Assembly (NCBI GenBank): GCA_036012755.1
Contig: DASCPX010000070.1
Location: 160,001 to 224,000 of the forward strand
Source: Myxococcota bacterium
Lineage (GTDB): Bacteria; Myxococcota_A; UBA796; CAJQPC01
Direction of reading: 5' to 3'
Length of the DNA stretch: 64,000 nucleotides
Part shown: in pieces, positions 10,149-20,084 of the stretch
How positions within the stretch are numbered: the stretch's first letter is position 1
Layout of the letters: every line of letters begins with the position of its first letter
The notes under the pieces: generated by a model
What the model saw: the letters and a program-made list of their open reading frames with translations, nothing else
Databases searched by the model: none
What the model was told of the DNA's origin: nothing
Position numbers and translations under genes: made by a program

Positions 10149-11384
10149 TCAGCGCTCGAACTGCAGGTCCTGGACGTGGTCGGTGAAGTCGAACCAGGCC
10201 TCGGGGGAGCCCTTGTGGAAGCCTCGGTCCCAGAAGTCGCGGGTGGCCTCGATCTCCAGGACGCTCTCGCCGATGTCGCCGCCTGGAGTGGTCCACAGCA
10301 GGTCCGCTCCGTCCGCCCCCACGCCGTAGCGGAGCCCATGGACGGTCTCCACGTCGAAGTCCCTCACGCCCCTGTAGAAGGCGGCCGTGCTCGTCTTGTC
10401 GGCGCCCGCAAGACCGCGCTCCTCGTGGATCCAGAGCCACAGCTGCGCTTCTTCGATCTCTGCCTCACACGGAATCGCGCTGAGGTCTGTGTGGACGAGG
10501 CCGTTGTAGTAGTGCACGCCGTCCCACACCTGGGTGCGCAGCTTGTGGAGGAAGTTGGCCCTGCACGCGTCGTCGCCGGATGCACAGGAACCCGGCCCCA
10601 GCAGCGCGTCCGCACCCATGATGAAGGTGCTGGTGAGGGGACCGTCGACACCTGATGGCCCATCCTGGAACACCGACGTCGAGGACACCCCGTCGAGGCT
10701 CCAGCGCACCTCGAGGCGAGGACGTTGGGCCTCGACGTCCATGGGATCGAACCAGAACTCGCAGTCCCAGCAAGGGGCGCTCGTCTTCTTCAGAACGAGG
10801 TTCAGGTCCATGGTGTCGCAGGCCTCGTCCGCGGCCGCGTTCCAGCGCAGGGTCTGGCCGTTCGAGGTGTCCTCGGACCACATGTGGACAGGGTCGAAGT
10901 CCCCGCAACTCTGAGCGATCTCGACAACATGCCGAGTGTCGCCCGATGGAGTCTGGGCCACCGTGAGCTGCAGGACGGTGGGCGTGATCGGCTCGCCGAA
11001 GTCGAGCTGGATCCACTGGGGAGCGAAGTCCCCGGCGTTCCAGATCGTGCTGCGGTCGCCGTCCCGGAGCGCATCGAGGCCATCCGAGGAGCTCCCGCTC
11101 AGGGTGGCCCCCGAGATCAACGCGCCGACGTCTCCTCCGGCGCGGGACCCGCTGAACTCCACCTCGGCCCAGGCCACCCACGAGGGGCTCGTGTCGGTCC
11201 AGATGCGAATGCTGCGCAGGGTGCCCTCGGGATCGCCCTCGACGCAGTCGTCGTCGGGGGCCCCGCTGTCCGGCTCGAAGACGCTGTCCCCGAAGACATC
11301 CTCGTCGCGCGCTGGCTGGGCGGGTCCGGGATCCGGATCGCTGGTGTCGGGAACGCAGCACAGGGTGAGCAGGGTGAGCAACAT
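10149..11384 (-). CDS. Lipoprotein with discoidin (F5/8 type C)-like domain and DNRLRE-like C-terminal domain
   Basis: AAGGAG ribosome-binding site, MLLTLLTLCC start; ALRDGDRSTIWNAGDFAPQWIQLDFG; LVHTDLSAIP...IEEAQLWL...WTTPGGD...FDFTDHVQ. Confidence 0.7.
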   Translation of the reverse strand: MLLTLLTLCCVPDTSDPDPGPAQPARDEDVFGDSVFEPDSGAPDDDCVEGDPEGTLRSIRIWTDTSPSWVAWAEVEFSGSRAGGDVGALISGATLSGSSSDGLDALRDGDRSTIWNAGDFAPQWIQLDFGEPITPTVLQLTVAQTPSGDTRHVVEIAQSCGDFDPVHMWSEDTSNGQTLRWNAAADEACDTMDLNLVLKKTSAPCWDCEFWFDPMDVEAQRPRLEVRWSLDGVSSTSVFQDGPSGVDGPLTSTFIMGADALLGPGSCASGDDACRANFLHKLRTQVWDGVHYYNGLVHTDLSAIPCEAEIEEAQLWLWIHEERGLAGADKTSTAAFYRGVRDFDVETVHGLRYGVGADGADLLWTTPGGDIGESVLEIEATRDFWDRGFHKGSPEAWFDFTDHVQDLQFER

Positions 11385-11467
11385 CGCGGACTCCTTGGAC
11401 GCCGAAGCGCGAGGGACTCCACTGAGCAACAAGCGTGCCAGCGCATCGCTCCCGATAGGTTGGGTGC

Positions 11468-14400
11468 ATGGCGACGCTCGGACGCTCGAGACTGGACCAC
11501 AAACTCGCGGTCGGCGGAATGGGCGAGGTCTGGGCCGCGACCGATACGGCCACCGAGCTCCCGGTCGCGCTCAAGGTCGTCCCGGCGCTGAGCGCTCCGG
11601 GGGCGACGGCGTCCTTCGCCGACGAGGTTCGAGCGGTGGCCCGGCTGGACCATCCCCACGTGGTCCGAGTCTTCGAACAAGGCCGCTGTGCACAGGACGA
11701 CCCGCGCTGGCCCGACAGCCCGTGGCTCAGCATGGAGCGCGCCGCCTCGACGCTCGCCGAGGACGCCCCGGATCGGGACTGGCCCGAGGTCTTCCGCTTG
11801 CTCCAGGAGCTGCTCTCGGCGCTCTCCCACGCCCACGCCCGAGGGGTCGTTCATCGAGACGTGAAGGCGTCGAACGTGCTGCTGAGGGCCGATGGAAGCG
11901 TCGCGCTCGCGGACTTCGGCATCGCCCGCCTCGGGCCGGAGAGCCTCGACGCCGGCACCCCCGGCTGGATGGCCCCGGAGCAGCTCCGAGGTCAACGCGG
12001 CCGCCAAGGCCCGAGGACGGATCTCTACGCCGTCGGCTGCCTCGCCTGGCACCTGCTCACCCGAGCCCCCGTGTTCGGCGACGACGCCACGGCCCAGGAC
12101 CACCTGCATCGGAGTCCACCCGCGCTGACGCCCTCGACGCCCGTCCCGGAGGGGGTCGAGGCCTGGGTCCATGCGCTCCTCGAGAAGGACCCCCTCCGCC
12201 GGCCCGAGAGCGCTGCTCAGGCGGCTGCTCAGCTCCGGGCCCTGCACGGGCCGTGGACCCTGACGCGCCGGCCAGCACCCGCTCTCCGAGGAGTGGGCGC
12301 TTCCCTGGTGGGTCTGCGCCCGGTTCCGCTGGTGGAACGGGCCGAGGAGACGACGAGGCTCCGCGAGACTCTCCGGCGGGTCGAGCGCGAAGGCCGCGCC
12401 GAGGCCCTCGTCCTGAGCGGTCCCTCGGGCATGGGCAAGACCCGACTGGCGCTCGAGTTGTGCTGGTGGGCCCGGGAACAGGGTCTGGCGGCTCTCTTCG
12501 CCACCCACGGTGCCGAGGCTCGAGAGGGTCTCGTCGTCGCGCTGGCCACGTCGATCGGCGACGTGCCGGTGGACCGAGCCCTCGCCGCTCGAGGCGCTCC
12601 GCCACGTGACCGCAGCGCGCTCTCCGATCTGCTCGCCGACCCGACGAGCGTCTCCGAGGCCGCCCTCCGCCACGTCCTGATCGTTGGAGCCCTACAGGAC
12701 TTCGCGTTCGGCGGCGCCCTCGTCCTCGTCCTCGACGACGCTCAGTGGGCGCCTCGAGGCCTCGAGGTCTGCAAGGCCGTGGTGGGGAGCGCCTTCCCCA
12801 TCCTGCTCGTGCTCACGGTTCAGGACGAGGCCTCGCGCGGGGAGCCCGAGACCGCGGCGATGCTGAAGGCCATCGACGCCGAGCGCATCGCCCTGGACGC
12901 TCTGCCGACCGACGCTGTGGCCGAGGCCGTCCTCGGGCTGGACGACGCCGCCGCGACAGCGCTCGCGCAGCGCTCCGCCGGAAACCCACTGATGGCGGTC
13001 CAGCTGGTCTCCGACTGGGTCCGACGGGGTCTGCTGGTCCCCTCCCCGAGAGGCTACGACCTGGCCGAAGGGGCGGACCCGGGGATGCCGCCCGACCTCG
13101 AAGCCCTGTGGACGGGGCGGCTGGAGGGGGTCCTCGAGGGTGTCGACGCCTCCAGCATCGAGCTGGCGGCAGCCGGCGGCCTCGAGATCGACGCCTCTCG
13201 CTGGGAGCGGGTGTGCGCCCGGGCGGGCATCCACCCCGACGAGCAGGCTCTCGAGCGCCTCCTCCAAGCCGGCCTCGCGTTGCGCGATGGGGACTCCTGG
13301 CGCCTGGTCCACGCGATGGCCCGAGAGGCTCTGAACACCCACGCGCGACGAAAGGGCCGATGGTCCACCTTCCACGCCGCATGGGCCGAGGTGGCCGTCG
13401 ACGAGGGCCTGGCACCCGGACGGATCGGGCACCACCGGGTACAGGCCGGCGATCTGGAGGGGGCGCTGGCGCCCTTGGAGACCGAGGTCGAACGGCTCTG
13501 GCGCCAGGGAGCCTTCAGCGAGGTCTCCCGAGCGATCTCGCTGTGGGGCGAGGCAGCCGCAGGGCGGGCCGAGACCTCGGAGATCTTCGGACGGATGGGC
13601 CTGTGGCGCTGCCGGCTGGCCCTCGTGCGCGAGGGCGTCGACGCGGCTGCAGAGCGGGTGGAGGAGCTGGCATCACACGCGAACGCGCCGGACTGGGCCC
13701 TCGACGAAGCCCTCGATCTGCAGCGCTGTCACCACCGTTGGATGCGGGGAGCGCTCGACGAGGCCCTCGAGCTTGCGCGCAACGTAGCCGGGTCCTCCGA
13801 GCCGCGACTCGCGCTCCAGGGAGGGCGCGACACCGGCCGACTCCTCGCGGCCCTCGGGCGTCACCAGGAGGCTCGCTCGGCGCTGGAGAAGACGCTCGCC
13901 GAGGCCACCGCCAGCGGCGACACCTTCGTCGCTTGCGTGTGCCTGGACGGCCTGGCCGAGGCCTCCATCGCAGGCCTGGATCTGGAGGCTGTCAGGGCCT
14001 TCTCCCAACGTCAGGAGGCCCTGTGTTCGGCCCACGGGTTCCGGGTGTGGGAGGCCAGCGCCCGCTTCTGGCCCGCCTTCGCCGATCTCCTCGACGGCCG
14101 CCCCGCCATCGACGCCCTGGGCCGCTGCCGCGCTGAGAGCCAGGGCCTTGGGCAGCCCACCTGCCACACGGTCGGCGCGTTGGCGGTGGCTTTGGCTACG
14201 AGCGGGGAGTCGGACCGTGCCTTCGCGCTGTTCGACGAGGCGCTGGCGGAGGCGCGCGAGCTGGGGTGGAACGACACGGCGGGTGCGCTCGAGGCCTACC
14301 GCCTGGTGCTCGCCTGCGATGCCGACGATGTGACCTGGGACAAGGCGGCGCGGGCATGCGAGGCCCTCGTCGAGAGGACCGCGGACGCGCTCCTCGACGT

Positions 14401-14497
14401 TGTGCTCCGCCACGTCGAGGTGCAGGCCCCTTCGGACCGTGCCCGGAGAGCGGAGGCCCTGAGCGAGGCCCTCCGGCGGCGTCGGGGAACGGAATGA
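11468..14497 (+). CDS. Serine/threonine protein kinase with AAA/STAND-type ATPase and helical-repeat tail
   Basis: GGMGEVW, VALK, HRDVKASN, DFG, GTPGWMAPE kinase motifs; Walker A GPSGMGKT; Walker B LVLDDAQW. Confidence 0.92.
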   Translation: MATLGRSRLDHKLAVGGMGEVWAATDTATELPVALKVVPALSAPGATASFADEVRAVARLDHPHVVRVFEQGRCAQDDPRWPDSPWLSMERAASTLAEDAPDRDWPEVFRLLQELLSALSHAHARGVVHRDVKASNVLLRADGSVALADFGIARLGPESLDAGTPGWMAPEQLRGQRGRQGPRTDLYAVGCLAWHLLTRAPVFGDDATAQDHLHRSPPALTPSTPVPEGVEAWVHALLEKDPLRRPESAAQAAAQLRALHGPWTLTRRPAPALRGVGASLVGLRPVPLVERAEETTRLRETLRRVEREGRAEALVLSGPSGMGKTRLALELCWWAREQGLAALFATHGAEAREGLVVALATSIGDVPVDRALAARGAPPRDRSALSDLLADPTSVSEAALRHVLIVGALQDFAFGGALVLVLDDAQWAPRGLEVCKAVVGSAFPILLVLTVQDEASRGEPETAAMLKAIDAERIALDALPTDAVAEAVLGLDDAAATALAQRSAGNPLMAVQLVSDWVRRGLLVPSPRGYDLAEGADPGMPPDLEALWTGRLEGVLEGVDASSIELAAAGGLEIDASRWERVCARAGIHPDEQALERLLQAGLALRDGDSWRLVHAMAREALNTHARRKGRWSTFHAAWAEVAVDEGLAPGRIGHHRVQAGDLEGALAPLETEVERLWRQGAFSEVSRAISLWGEAAAGRAETSEIFGRMGLWRCRLALVREGVDAAAERVEELASHANAPDWALDEALDLQRCHHRWMRGALDEALELARNVAGSSEPRLALQGGRDTGRLLAALGRHQEARSALEKTLAEATASGDTFVACVCLDGLAEASIAGLDLEAVRAFSQRQEALCSAHGFRVWEASARFWPAFADLLDGRPAIDALGRCRAESQGLGQPTCHTVGALAVALATSGESDRAFALFDEALAEARELGWNDTAGALEAYRLVLACDADDVTWDKAARACEALVERTADALLDVVLRHVEVQAPSDRARRAEALSEALRRRRGTE

Positions 14498-15804
14498 CGA
14501 CGCGTCCCGTGACCCACCCCTTCTGGGCCGTTCAGACTCTCGAGGGAGGCCGGCTTCAATGCACGGGTGGGCCGGAAGCAGGGGCGCGCTGGGAGCTCTC
14601 GGGGGCGCGCGTCGCCATCGGCTCTGCGAGCGATGACGAAGTCCGACTGCCGCCGGGCTCCTGCGCGGAACACCACGTGGTCCTCGAAGCGACGGACCAG
14701 GGCGTCTCGATTCGCGCTGCGCCGGGGCAGAGCATCCGCATCTGCGGGGCCGATGTCGGGGAGGCGTGGCTGTCCCCTCACACAGCCTTCGTCGTGGGGA
14801 GCTGCAGGCTGGTGTTCGAGTCCCAGGCCGTAGTGCGGGTGCTCGATGGGCTGAACAAGGAACGAGCGAATGGACTCTGCGCGCGAAGCGACGCCATGCG
14901 AGAGGTCTTCGACGCGCTCGGCCGCGTCGCCCCGACCCCTCTGCCCGTGCTCGTCAGCGGAGAGACCGGCTCGGGCAAGGAGCGCGTGGCCGAGGCCCTC
15001 CACAGCCTGAGCCTCCGCCGCCGAAGGGTCGTCTTCGACTGCGCCTCGGCCCAACCGAGCTTGGCCGCATCGGCGCTCTTCGGGCACGTCGCGGGGGCGT
15101 TCTCCGGTGCGCATCGAGACCGCGCCGGCGCCTTCGAGCAGGCCCACGGCGGCACCCTGCAGCTCGCCAACATCGACGAACTCCCGCGCTCGCTCCAGCC
15201 GATGCTTCTTCGCGTCCTCGACGACAGGACCTTCCTCCCGGTGGGCGGGAACGATCGCCAGAGGGCGGACGTCCGCCTGGTCACCACCAGCCGTCACGAC
15301 CTCCGGAAGCTCGTCGCCGACGGAGCCTTTCGAGAGGACCTCTACTTCCGCCTCTCGGTCGTCGAGCTCGTCGTCCCCTCCCTCCGGGCACGCGCCGACG
15401 ATCTTCCGCTCCTGGTCGAGGATCTCCTCGCGGAGCTCGGCTGCCCAGGTGAGCCCTCCCTCGAGATCCAGGGGGCCCTCGCCCTCTGGTCCTGGCCCGG
15501 CAACGTCCGCGAGCTCCGCAACGTCCTGGCCAGGGCCGTCGCCCTGTCGGACGGAGGCGCGCTGTGTCTCGACGACTTGCCCGCGGCGCTTTGCGAGGAC
15601 CTCGACCCGCTCGCCGCGCCTCTGAGCACACTCCCCTGGCGCGAGGCTCGACGCTGGCTGACGGACGCCTTCGAGCGTCGCCGCCTGGTCGCGCTCCTGG
15701 AACGCTGCAACGGCAACGTCGCGGCGGTCGCGCGAGAGGCCGGACTGGCCGAGGGCACCGTGTTCCGCATGCTCCGCCGCCACGGGCTGGGGCGCTCTGG
15801 TTGA
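14494..15804 (+). CDS. FHA-domain sigma-54-dependent Fis-family transcriptional regulator
   Basis: ATGA overlap with the kinase; GETGSGKE, GAFSGA, FREDLYFRL, WPGNVREL, C-terminal HTH. Confidence 0.88.
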   Translation: MTTRPVTHPFWAVQTLEGGRLQCTGGPEAGARWELSGARVAIGSASDDEVRLPPGSCAEHHVVLEATDQGVSIRAAPGQSIRICGADVGEAWLSPHTAFVVGSCRLVFESQAVVRVLDGLNKERANGLCARSDAMREVFDALGRVAPTPLPVLVSGETGSGKERVAEALHSLSLRRRRVVFDCASAQPSLAASALFGHVAGAFSGAHRDRAGAFEQAHGGTLQLANIDELPRSLQPMLLRVLDDRTFLPVGGNDRQRADVRLVTTSRHDLRKLVADGAFREDLYFRLSVVELVVPSLRARADDLPLLVEDLLAELGCPGEPSLEIQGALALWSWPGNVRELRNVLARAVALSDGGALCLDDLPAALCEDLDPLAAPLSTLPWREARRWLTDAFERRRLVALLERCNGNVAAVAREAGLAEGTVFRMLRRHGLGRSG

Positions 15805-15857
15805 GTGTCCCTCGACACCGCCACGGGGGCGTGCCGCGGGTGTGGAGCGAGCCGGGC

Positions 15858-15935
15858 CTCGAGGCCCTTCTCGAGGAGATCCTCGTCGATGCAGAGTGGG
15901 AGGGCCAGAGCTTCTCGGGTCTCGAGGCCCAAGGC
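15858..15935 (+). pseudogene. Internally deleted remnant copy of the adjacent CcbP-like gene
   Basis: Encodes LEALLEEILVDA|EWEGQSFSGLEA, matching two separated segments of 16080..16382 (EALLEEILVDA and DWDGQPYSGLEA). Confidence 0.6.
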
Positions 15936-16079
15936 CAACTCGCTGCAGACCTGGAGGAAATCGACCTCCTGCCCTGGCTGCGAGGCCCCGCGGGAGCCGT
16001 CGCCCTCAAAGAGAAGCGGAAACGAAGAAGCGCTGAGCGGAGGGCGCGCCGGGAGGGCCGACGGCGTTAGGCGGTCCGG

Positions 16080-16382
16080 ATGGACCAGGAAGCCCTCCTC
16101 GAAGAGATCCTCGTCGACGCCTACCGCGACGCCGAGCAGATGGTGGCGTTCCACTGCGCGGTCAGCGAGCTGCCCTGGCCACGCGAAGCCCGACTCGGGG
16201 ACATGCCCGTGACCATTCATGGCGTCGACTGGGACGGCCAGCCGTACTCGGGGCTGGAGGCTTCGGTCCGCTACGAGGGCCACTCCTTCGACGTCCTCTT
16301 CAAGGGCCTCGTGTTCCCCGAGGGCACTCTCCATGCCCTCCACGTCGCAGCGCATCGGCGCTGGCTCGGGTTGGACACGTGA
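16080..16382 (+). CDS. Calcium-binding protein CcbP-like
   Basis: EEILVDAYRDAEQMVAF...LPWP motif resembles the Calci_bind_CcbP family; 100 aa. Confidence 0.65.
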   Translation: MDQEALLEEILVDAYRDAEQMVAFHCAVSELPWPREARLGDMPVTIHGVDWDGQPYSGLEASVRYEGHSFDVLFKGLVFPEGTLHALHVAAHRRWLGLDT

Positions 16383-16810
16383 CCGAGCAGAAGCTGGTCG
16401 AGCGCCTGCTCAAGGTCGAGGCGCTCTTCGCGGTTGCCGCGACCCCGGGTGAACGAGACGCGGCGGGGGCGGCGCTGGAGCGGATCCGGGCCCGCCTCGC
16501 CGAACTCGAGCGGGAGTCGCCTCCGGTCGAGTTCCGCTTCAGCCTGCCCGACCCGTGGAAGCGCCGCCTCTTCCTCGCGCTGGCACGCCGCTACGGGCTC
16601 AGGCCCTACCGCCGTCCTCGTCAGCGACGGCAGACCGTCATGCTCAGGGTTCCAGAGCGCTTCTTGGACGAGACCTTCTGGCCTCAGTTCGAGGAGCTGG
16701 CCCGGGAGTTGGAGGTGTGGCTCGACGACGCCACCACACGGGTGATCAGCGAGGTCGTGCACGCGGATACCGGCGAGGCAGCCGAAGTCAGGCAGCTCGA
16801 CGGGACTTGA
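16379..16810 (+). CDS. Conserved hypothetical protein
   Basis: GTGA overlap with the previous gene; KVEALFAVAATPGERDAA...FLALARRYGLRPYR; coding-like codon usage. Confidence 0.75.
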   Translation: MTEQKLVERLLKVEALFAVAATPGERDAAGAALERIRARLAELERESPPVEFRFSLPDPWKRRLFLALARRYGLRPYRRPRQRRQTVMLRVPERFLDETFWPQFEELARELEVWLDDATTRVISEVVHADTGEAAEVRQLDGT

Positions 16811-16821
16811 ACACCTGTTCA
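16808..16821. promoter_or_regulatory. Palindromic operator-like site upstream of the RhuM-like gene
   Basis: TGAACA-CC-TGTTCA perfect inverted repeat ending ~10 nt before the GGAGG ribosome-binding site. Confidence 0.4.
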
Positions 16822-16840
16822 GTCAGGATAGGAGGACGCC

Positions 16841-18613
16841 ATGGATGATCTGCTCCTGTACACGTCGCCGGATGGTCAGGTCCGCATCGACGTCGTCTAC
16901 CAGGACGAGACGGTTTGGCTGACCCAGCGGCGCATGGCCGAGCTCTTCGGGGTCCAGGTGCCGGCCATCTCCAAGCACCTGAAGAAGATCTTCGAGTCCG
17001 GCGAGTTGGTAGCTGAGTCAGTTGTTTCCGAAATGGAAAGGACTGCCGCAGACGGCAAGGTCTACCTCACGCGCTTCTACGGCCTCGATGCCATCATCGC
17101 CGTCGGCTACCGGGTCAACTCGAGGTCGGCGACCCAGTTCCGGATCTGGGCCACCTCGACGCTGCGCGAGTTCATCATCAAGGGTTTCGTCCTCGACTCG
17201 GAGCGGCTCAAGAACGGCCCTCGGTTCGGAGCGGACTACTTCGACGAACTGCTCGAGAAGATCCGGGAGATCCGGGCCTCGGAGCGCCGCTTCTACCAGA
17301 AGGTCACCGACATCTACGCCGAGTGCTCGGTCGACTACGACCCGGCCGCCGACGTCACCCGGACCTTCTACGCGACAGTGCAGAACAAGATGCACTGGGC
17401 CATCCACGGCAAGACTGCGGCCGAGCTGATCGCCGAGCGAGCAGACGCCGAACGGCCGAACATGGGGCTGACGAGTTGGAAGTCGGCACCACGAGGCAAG
17501 CTCCTCAAGAGCGATGTCGCCGTCGCGAAGAACGACCTGACCCAGAAGGAGCTCGAGGAGCTGAACCACATCGTCGTGATGTACCTGGACTACGCGGAGC
17601 TTCAGGCGCGGAAGCAGCGGCGCATGGTCATGGCGGACTGGGCCGAGAAGCTGGATGCCTTCTTGCGCTTCAACGAGTACGACGTGTTGGACAACCCGGG
17701 CCGGGTCTCAGCGCACGTCGAGGAGGTCGGCGCCGACGAGCGCGCCGTCCTGTACGACGAGTGGGATGCGCGAGCGGGCCGCTACCGCAAGGGCTGGTGT
17801 CGGGTGTATCCGTCGGCGCTCCCGCCCGGCGGTGGTGCCTGGGCGCGCCAGACCCTGCCGGCCCATCGCCGGACCATCGACCGCCTGTACGGCCAGCTGT
17901 TGCGACGCCGGGACCGACTTCGGGCCCGCCCCCGCTCCCTTCACGGCGCGGACGTCGACGTGGACGCGCTGTGCGACGCGTGGGCCACCCTCGCGGCGCG
18001 GCGGAGTCCCAGTCCGCGGCTGTACGTCGAGTCGGCGCGGGTACGGCGGGACGTCGCCACCCTGGTGCTGCTCGACGTCTCCCTGTCGACGGACTCCTGG
18101 GTGGCGGACCGGCGGGTCCTGGATGTGGCGAGGGACTCCGTGTTGGTGCTGGGAGAGGTCCTCGACAGGTTGGGGGAGGAGGTCGAGGTGCTCGCGTTCG
18201 CCAGCCACACCCGCCACAAGGTGCGCTGTTGGACGGTGCGTGGGTGGGGCGAGCCGTGGTCGGTCGGTCGAGGACGGCTGTCGCTGCTCTCGCCCCAGGG
18301 CTACACGCGCATCGGACCCGCACTGCGCCACGCGAACGCACGCCTGGCAGCCAGATCGGAGACCTGCCGGGACCTCATCCTCGTGAGCGACTGCAAGCCC
18401 ACCGACTACGACCGGTACGAGGGGCGGCACGGCGTCGCCGATGTTCGGAAGGCGCTGGCCGAAGGCGCTCGGGTCGGCGTCCGGACGCACGCCCTCGCGA
18501 TCGACGCCGCCGCGTCGGGGTGGCTCCCCGCGATGTTCGGCGCGGCCCGTTGGTCGGTGCTGCCGAGCCCGGAGCGGCTACCGGACGCGCTCGTCCGCGC
18601 GGCGGTCCGATGA
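16841..18613 (+). CDS. In-frame fusion of RhuM-family virulence protein (N-terminal ~290 aa) and NorD/CbbO-type vWA C-terminal half
   Basis: ETVWLTQRRMAELF, IIAVGYRVNS, IREIRASERRFYQKVTDIY (RhuM); YDEWD, LLDVSLST, GYTRIGPALRHA, SDCKPTDYDRYEGRHGVAD (NorD vWA). Confidence 0.85.
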   Translation: MDDLLLYTSPDGQVRIDVVYQDETVWLTQRRMAELFGVQVPAISKHLKKIFESGELVAESVVSEMERTAADGKVYLTRFYGLDAIIAVGYRVNSRSATQFRIWATSTLREFIIKGFVLDSERLKNGPRFGADYFDELLEKIREIRASERRFYQKVTDIYAECSVDYDPAADVTRTFYATVQNKMHWAIHGKTAAELIAERADAERPNMGLTSWKSAPRGKLLKSDVAVAKNDLTQKELEELNHIVVMYLDYAELQARKQRRMVMADWAEKLDAFLRFNEYDVLDNPGRVSAHVEEVGADERAVLYDEWDARAGRYRKGWCRVYPSALPPGGGAWARQTLPAHRRTIDRLYGQLLRRRDRLRARPRSLHGADVDVDALCDAWATLAARRSPSPRLYVESARVRRDVATLVLLDVSLSTDSWVADRRVLDVARDSVLVLGEVLDRLGEEVEVLAFASHTRHKVRCWTVRGWGEPWSVGRGRLSLLSPQGYTRIGPALRHANARLAARSETCRDLILVSDCKPTDYDRYEGRHGVADVRKALAEGARVGVRTHALAIDAAASGWLPAMFGAARWSVLPSPERLPDALVRAAVR

Positions 18614-19119
18614 GTGCCCAGGACGCGCTTGGCGCCGAGGAGCCCCTCGACCTCCTGATGGCCTGTCACGCACGGATCCGCCGGTACCTCGGCGGCATCG
18701 AGGCCCTGCTGGCCTTCCCGGACTGGAGCGATCCTCGGGCCATCGCCACCGCCCGGGACTGCGCCCACTACTTTCGCGAGGCCTTGCCCCTGCACGCCGA
18801 AGACGAGGACGCCTCCGTCGCGCCGAGGCTCCTCCGACTCGGACTCGGACCCGAGCTCGCTGCGACGCTCCGGCGCCTCGCCGACGAGCACCACGCCATC
18901 GACACGGGGTGCCTCTCGGTCGTCGCGGCGCTGGACTCGGTCGTGGCCGGGGGCCCTCGGACCAGCGCGCTCCAGGCGGCCAGCCGCCCCTTCGCGACGC
19001 TGCTGCGGTCCCACCTGGAGGTGGAGGAGCGCTCGGTTTTCGTGTTCCTGGACCGGCTCCCGGACGCAGAGCGTCCGGTCATCGTGGCCGAGATCCGGGC
19101 CAGGCGCGCCGGCGGATGA
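18610..19119 (+). CDS. Hemerythrin-domain protein
   Basis: LMACHARI, HAEDED, EHHAI, HLEVEERSVF motifs; ATGA overlap. Confidence 0.88.
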   Translation: MSAQDALGAEEPLDLLMACHARIRRYLGGIEALLAFPDWSDPRAIATARDCAHYFREALPLHAEDEDASVAPRLLRLGLGPELAATLRRLADEHHAIDTGCLSVVAALDSVVAGGPRTSALQAASRPFATLLRSHLEVEERSVFVFLDRLPDAERPVIVAEIRARRAGG

Positions 19120-19841
19120 CGATGCAGCTCACCCTCCAACACCTGGGCATGAGCGGTCTGCGCTTGACCCTGGACGAGGACAGCCTCTGCGTCGATCCGC
19201 CCTTACCGGTCGCCGATGACCCCGTCCTCATCACCTGGTCCGAGGCCGAGCGCGTCTCCGGCGTGGGTGGGGCAGGCGCCGTGCTCGCCGACCCCGACGT
19301 CCTCGACTGGCTCGGTGTGTCCGGCGTCCCCCTGATCCCGGACAGGCCCGCTCGATTCGGTGCTTTCGAGGTCGCTGTCCTGCCCTATCGCCCGATCCCC
19401 TACGCTACTCCGAGAGAGGCCCTGCGGAAGACCTTCATAGGGCTTCGTCGGCCCCATGTCGCTGCGCGACGGCTGGCGCACACCCTGTCCCGCCCCGCCG
19501 CACCACCCCTGGCCGTGCGCCTGGACTGGTCCGGTATGCGGATCGGTCTCTGCCAGCAGGCGCTGCATCGCTTCGTGACGCCCGCCGGCGCCGACGAGGT
19601 CCGGGCGTTCTTCGCCGACTGCCACGTCGCCATCGCCAGCCCGGACTTCGACGACGAAGAGGCGTGCGGTCGCATGCTGGGGGCGCTCGGCGCCCGCCGG
19701 GCCGTGCTGATCGACAGCATCGGTCCCGTCCGGCGAATGTTGGGACTGCCGACGCGGGCGCTGAGGGCGTCGATGGCCACGGCGCCACCCGGAACGCTCC
19801 TGCTCGAGGACGGCCAACGCGTCACGCTGAACCTCGCTTGA
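19116..19841 (+). CDS. Hypothetical protein, possibly degenerate metallo-beta-lactamase fold
   Basis: MQLTLQHLGMSGLRL...LCVDPP N-terminus resembles MBL-fold starts, but no HxHxDH motif is seen. Confidence 0.6.
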   Translation: MTMQLTLQHLGMSGLRLTLDEDSLCVDPPLPVADDPVLITWSEAERVSGVGGAGAVLADPDVLDWLGVSGVPLIPDRPARFGAFEVAVLPYRPIPYATPREALRKTFIGLRRPHVAARRLAHTLSRPAAPPLAVRLDWSGMRIGLCQQALHRFVTPAGADEVRAFFADCHVAIASPDFDDEEACGRMLGALGARRAVLIDSIGPVRRMLGLPTRALRASMATAPPGTLLLEDGQRVTLNLA

Positions 19842-19894
19842 TCAGCAGGCGGTCGTTCCGGACACGCGTCCGGACGGCGCGGGACCGGCTGGCG

Positions 19895-20032
19895 AGGCAT
19901 GGGACGAGTCGGGTGGACAGAGTATGAGTGCCCCATGCGCGACGAGCCGCCTCTTTTCCGGCCTCCGAGCGAGGCCCACAGCCTCATCCTCCAGGCCACG
20001 CTGGGCTGCAGCTGGAACAACTGCACCTACTG
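19895..20032 (+). repeat. Left direct repeat: truncated 5' end of the radical SAM gene (att-like)
   Basis: Similar to 28746..28884; 19979..20032 is identical to 28831..28884 (54 bp); encodes MRDEPPLFRPPSEAHSLILQATLGCSWNNCTY then stop. Confidence 0.9.
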
Positions 20033-20084
20033 ATGGAGGCAAGTGATATCGGTGATTTGAGCGCTCGGTGTACCCGCAGGGCGG

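Noticed and set aside
20031..20033. TGA at the third Cys of the radical SAM motif as selenocysteine
   Set aside because: The downstream frame (WRQVISVI then stop) has no similarity to the intact gene; this is a truncation point.
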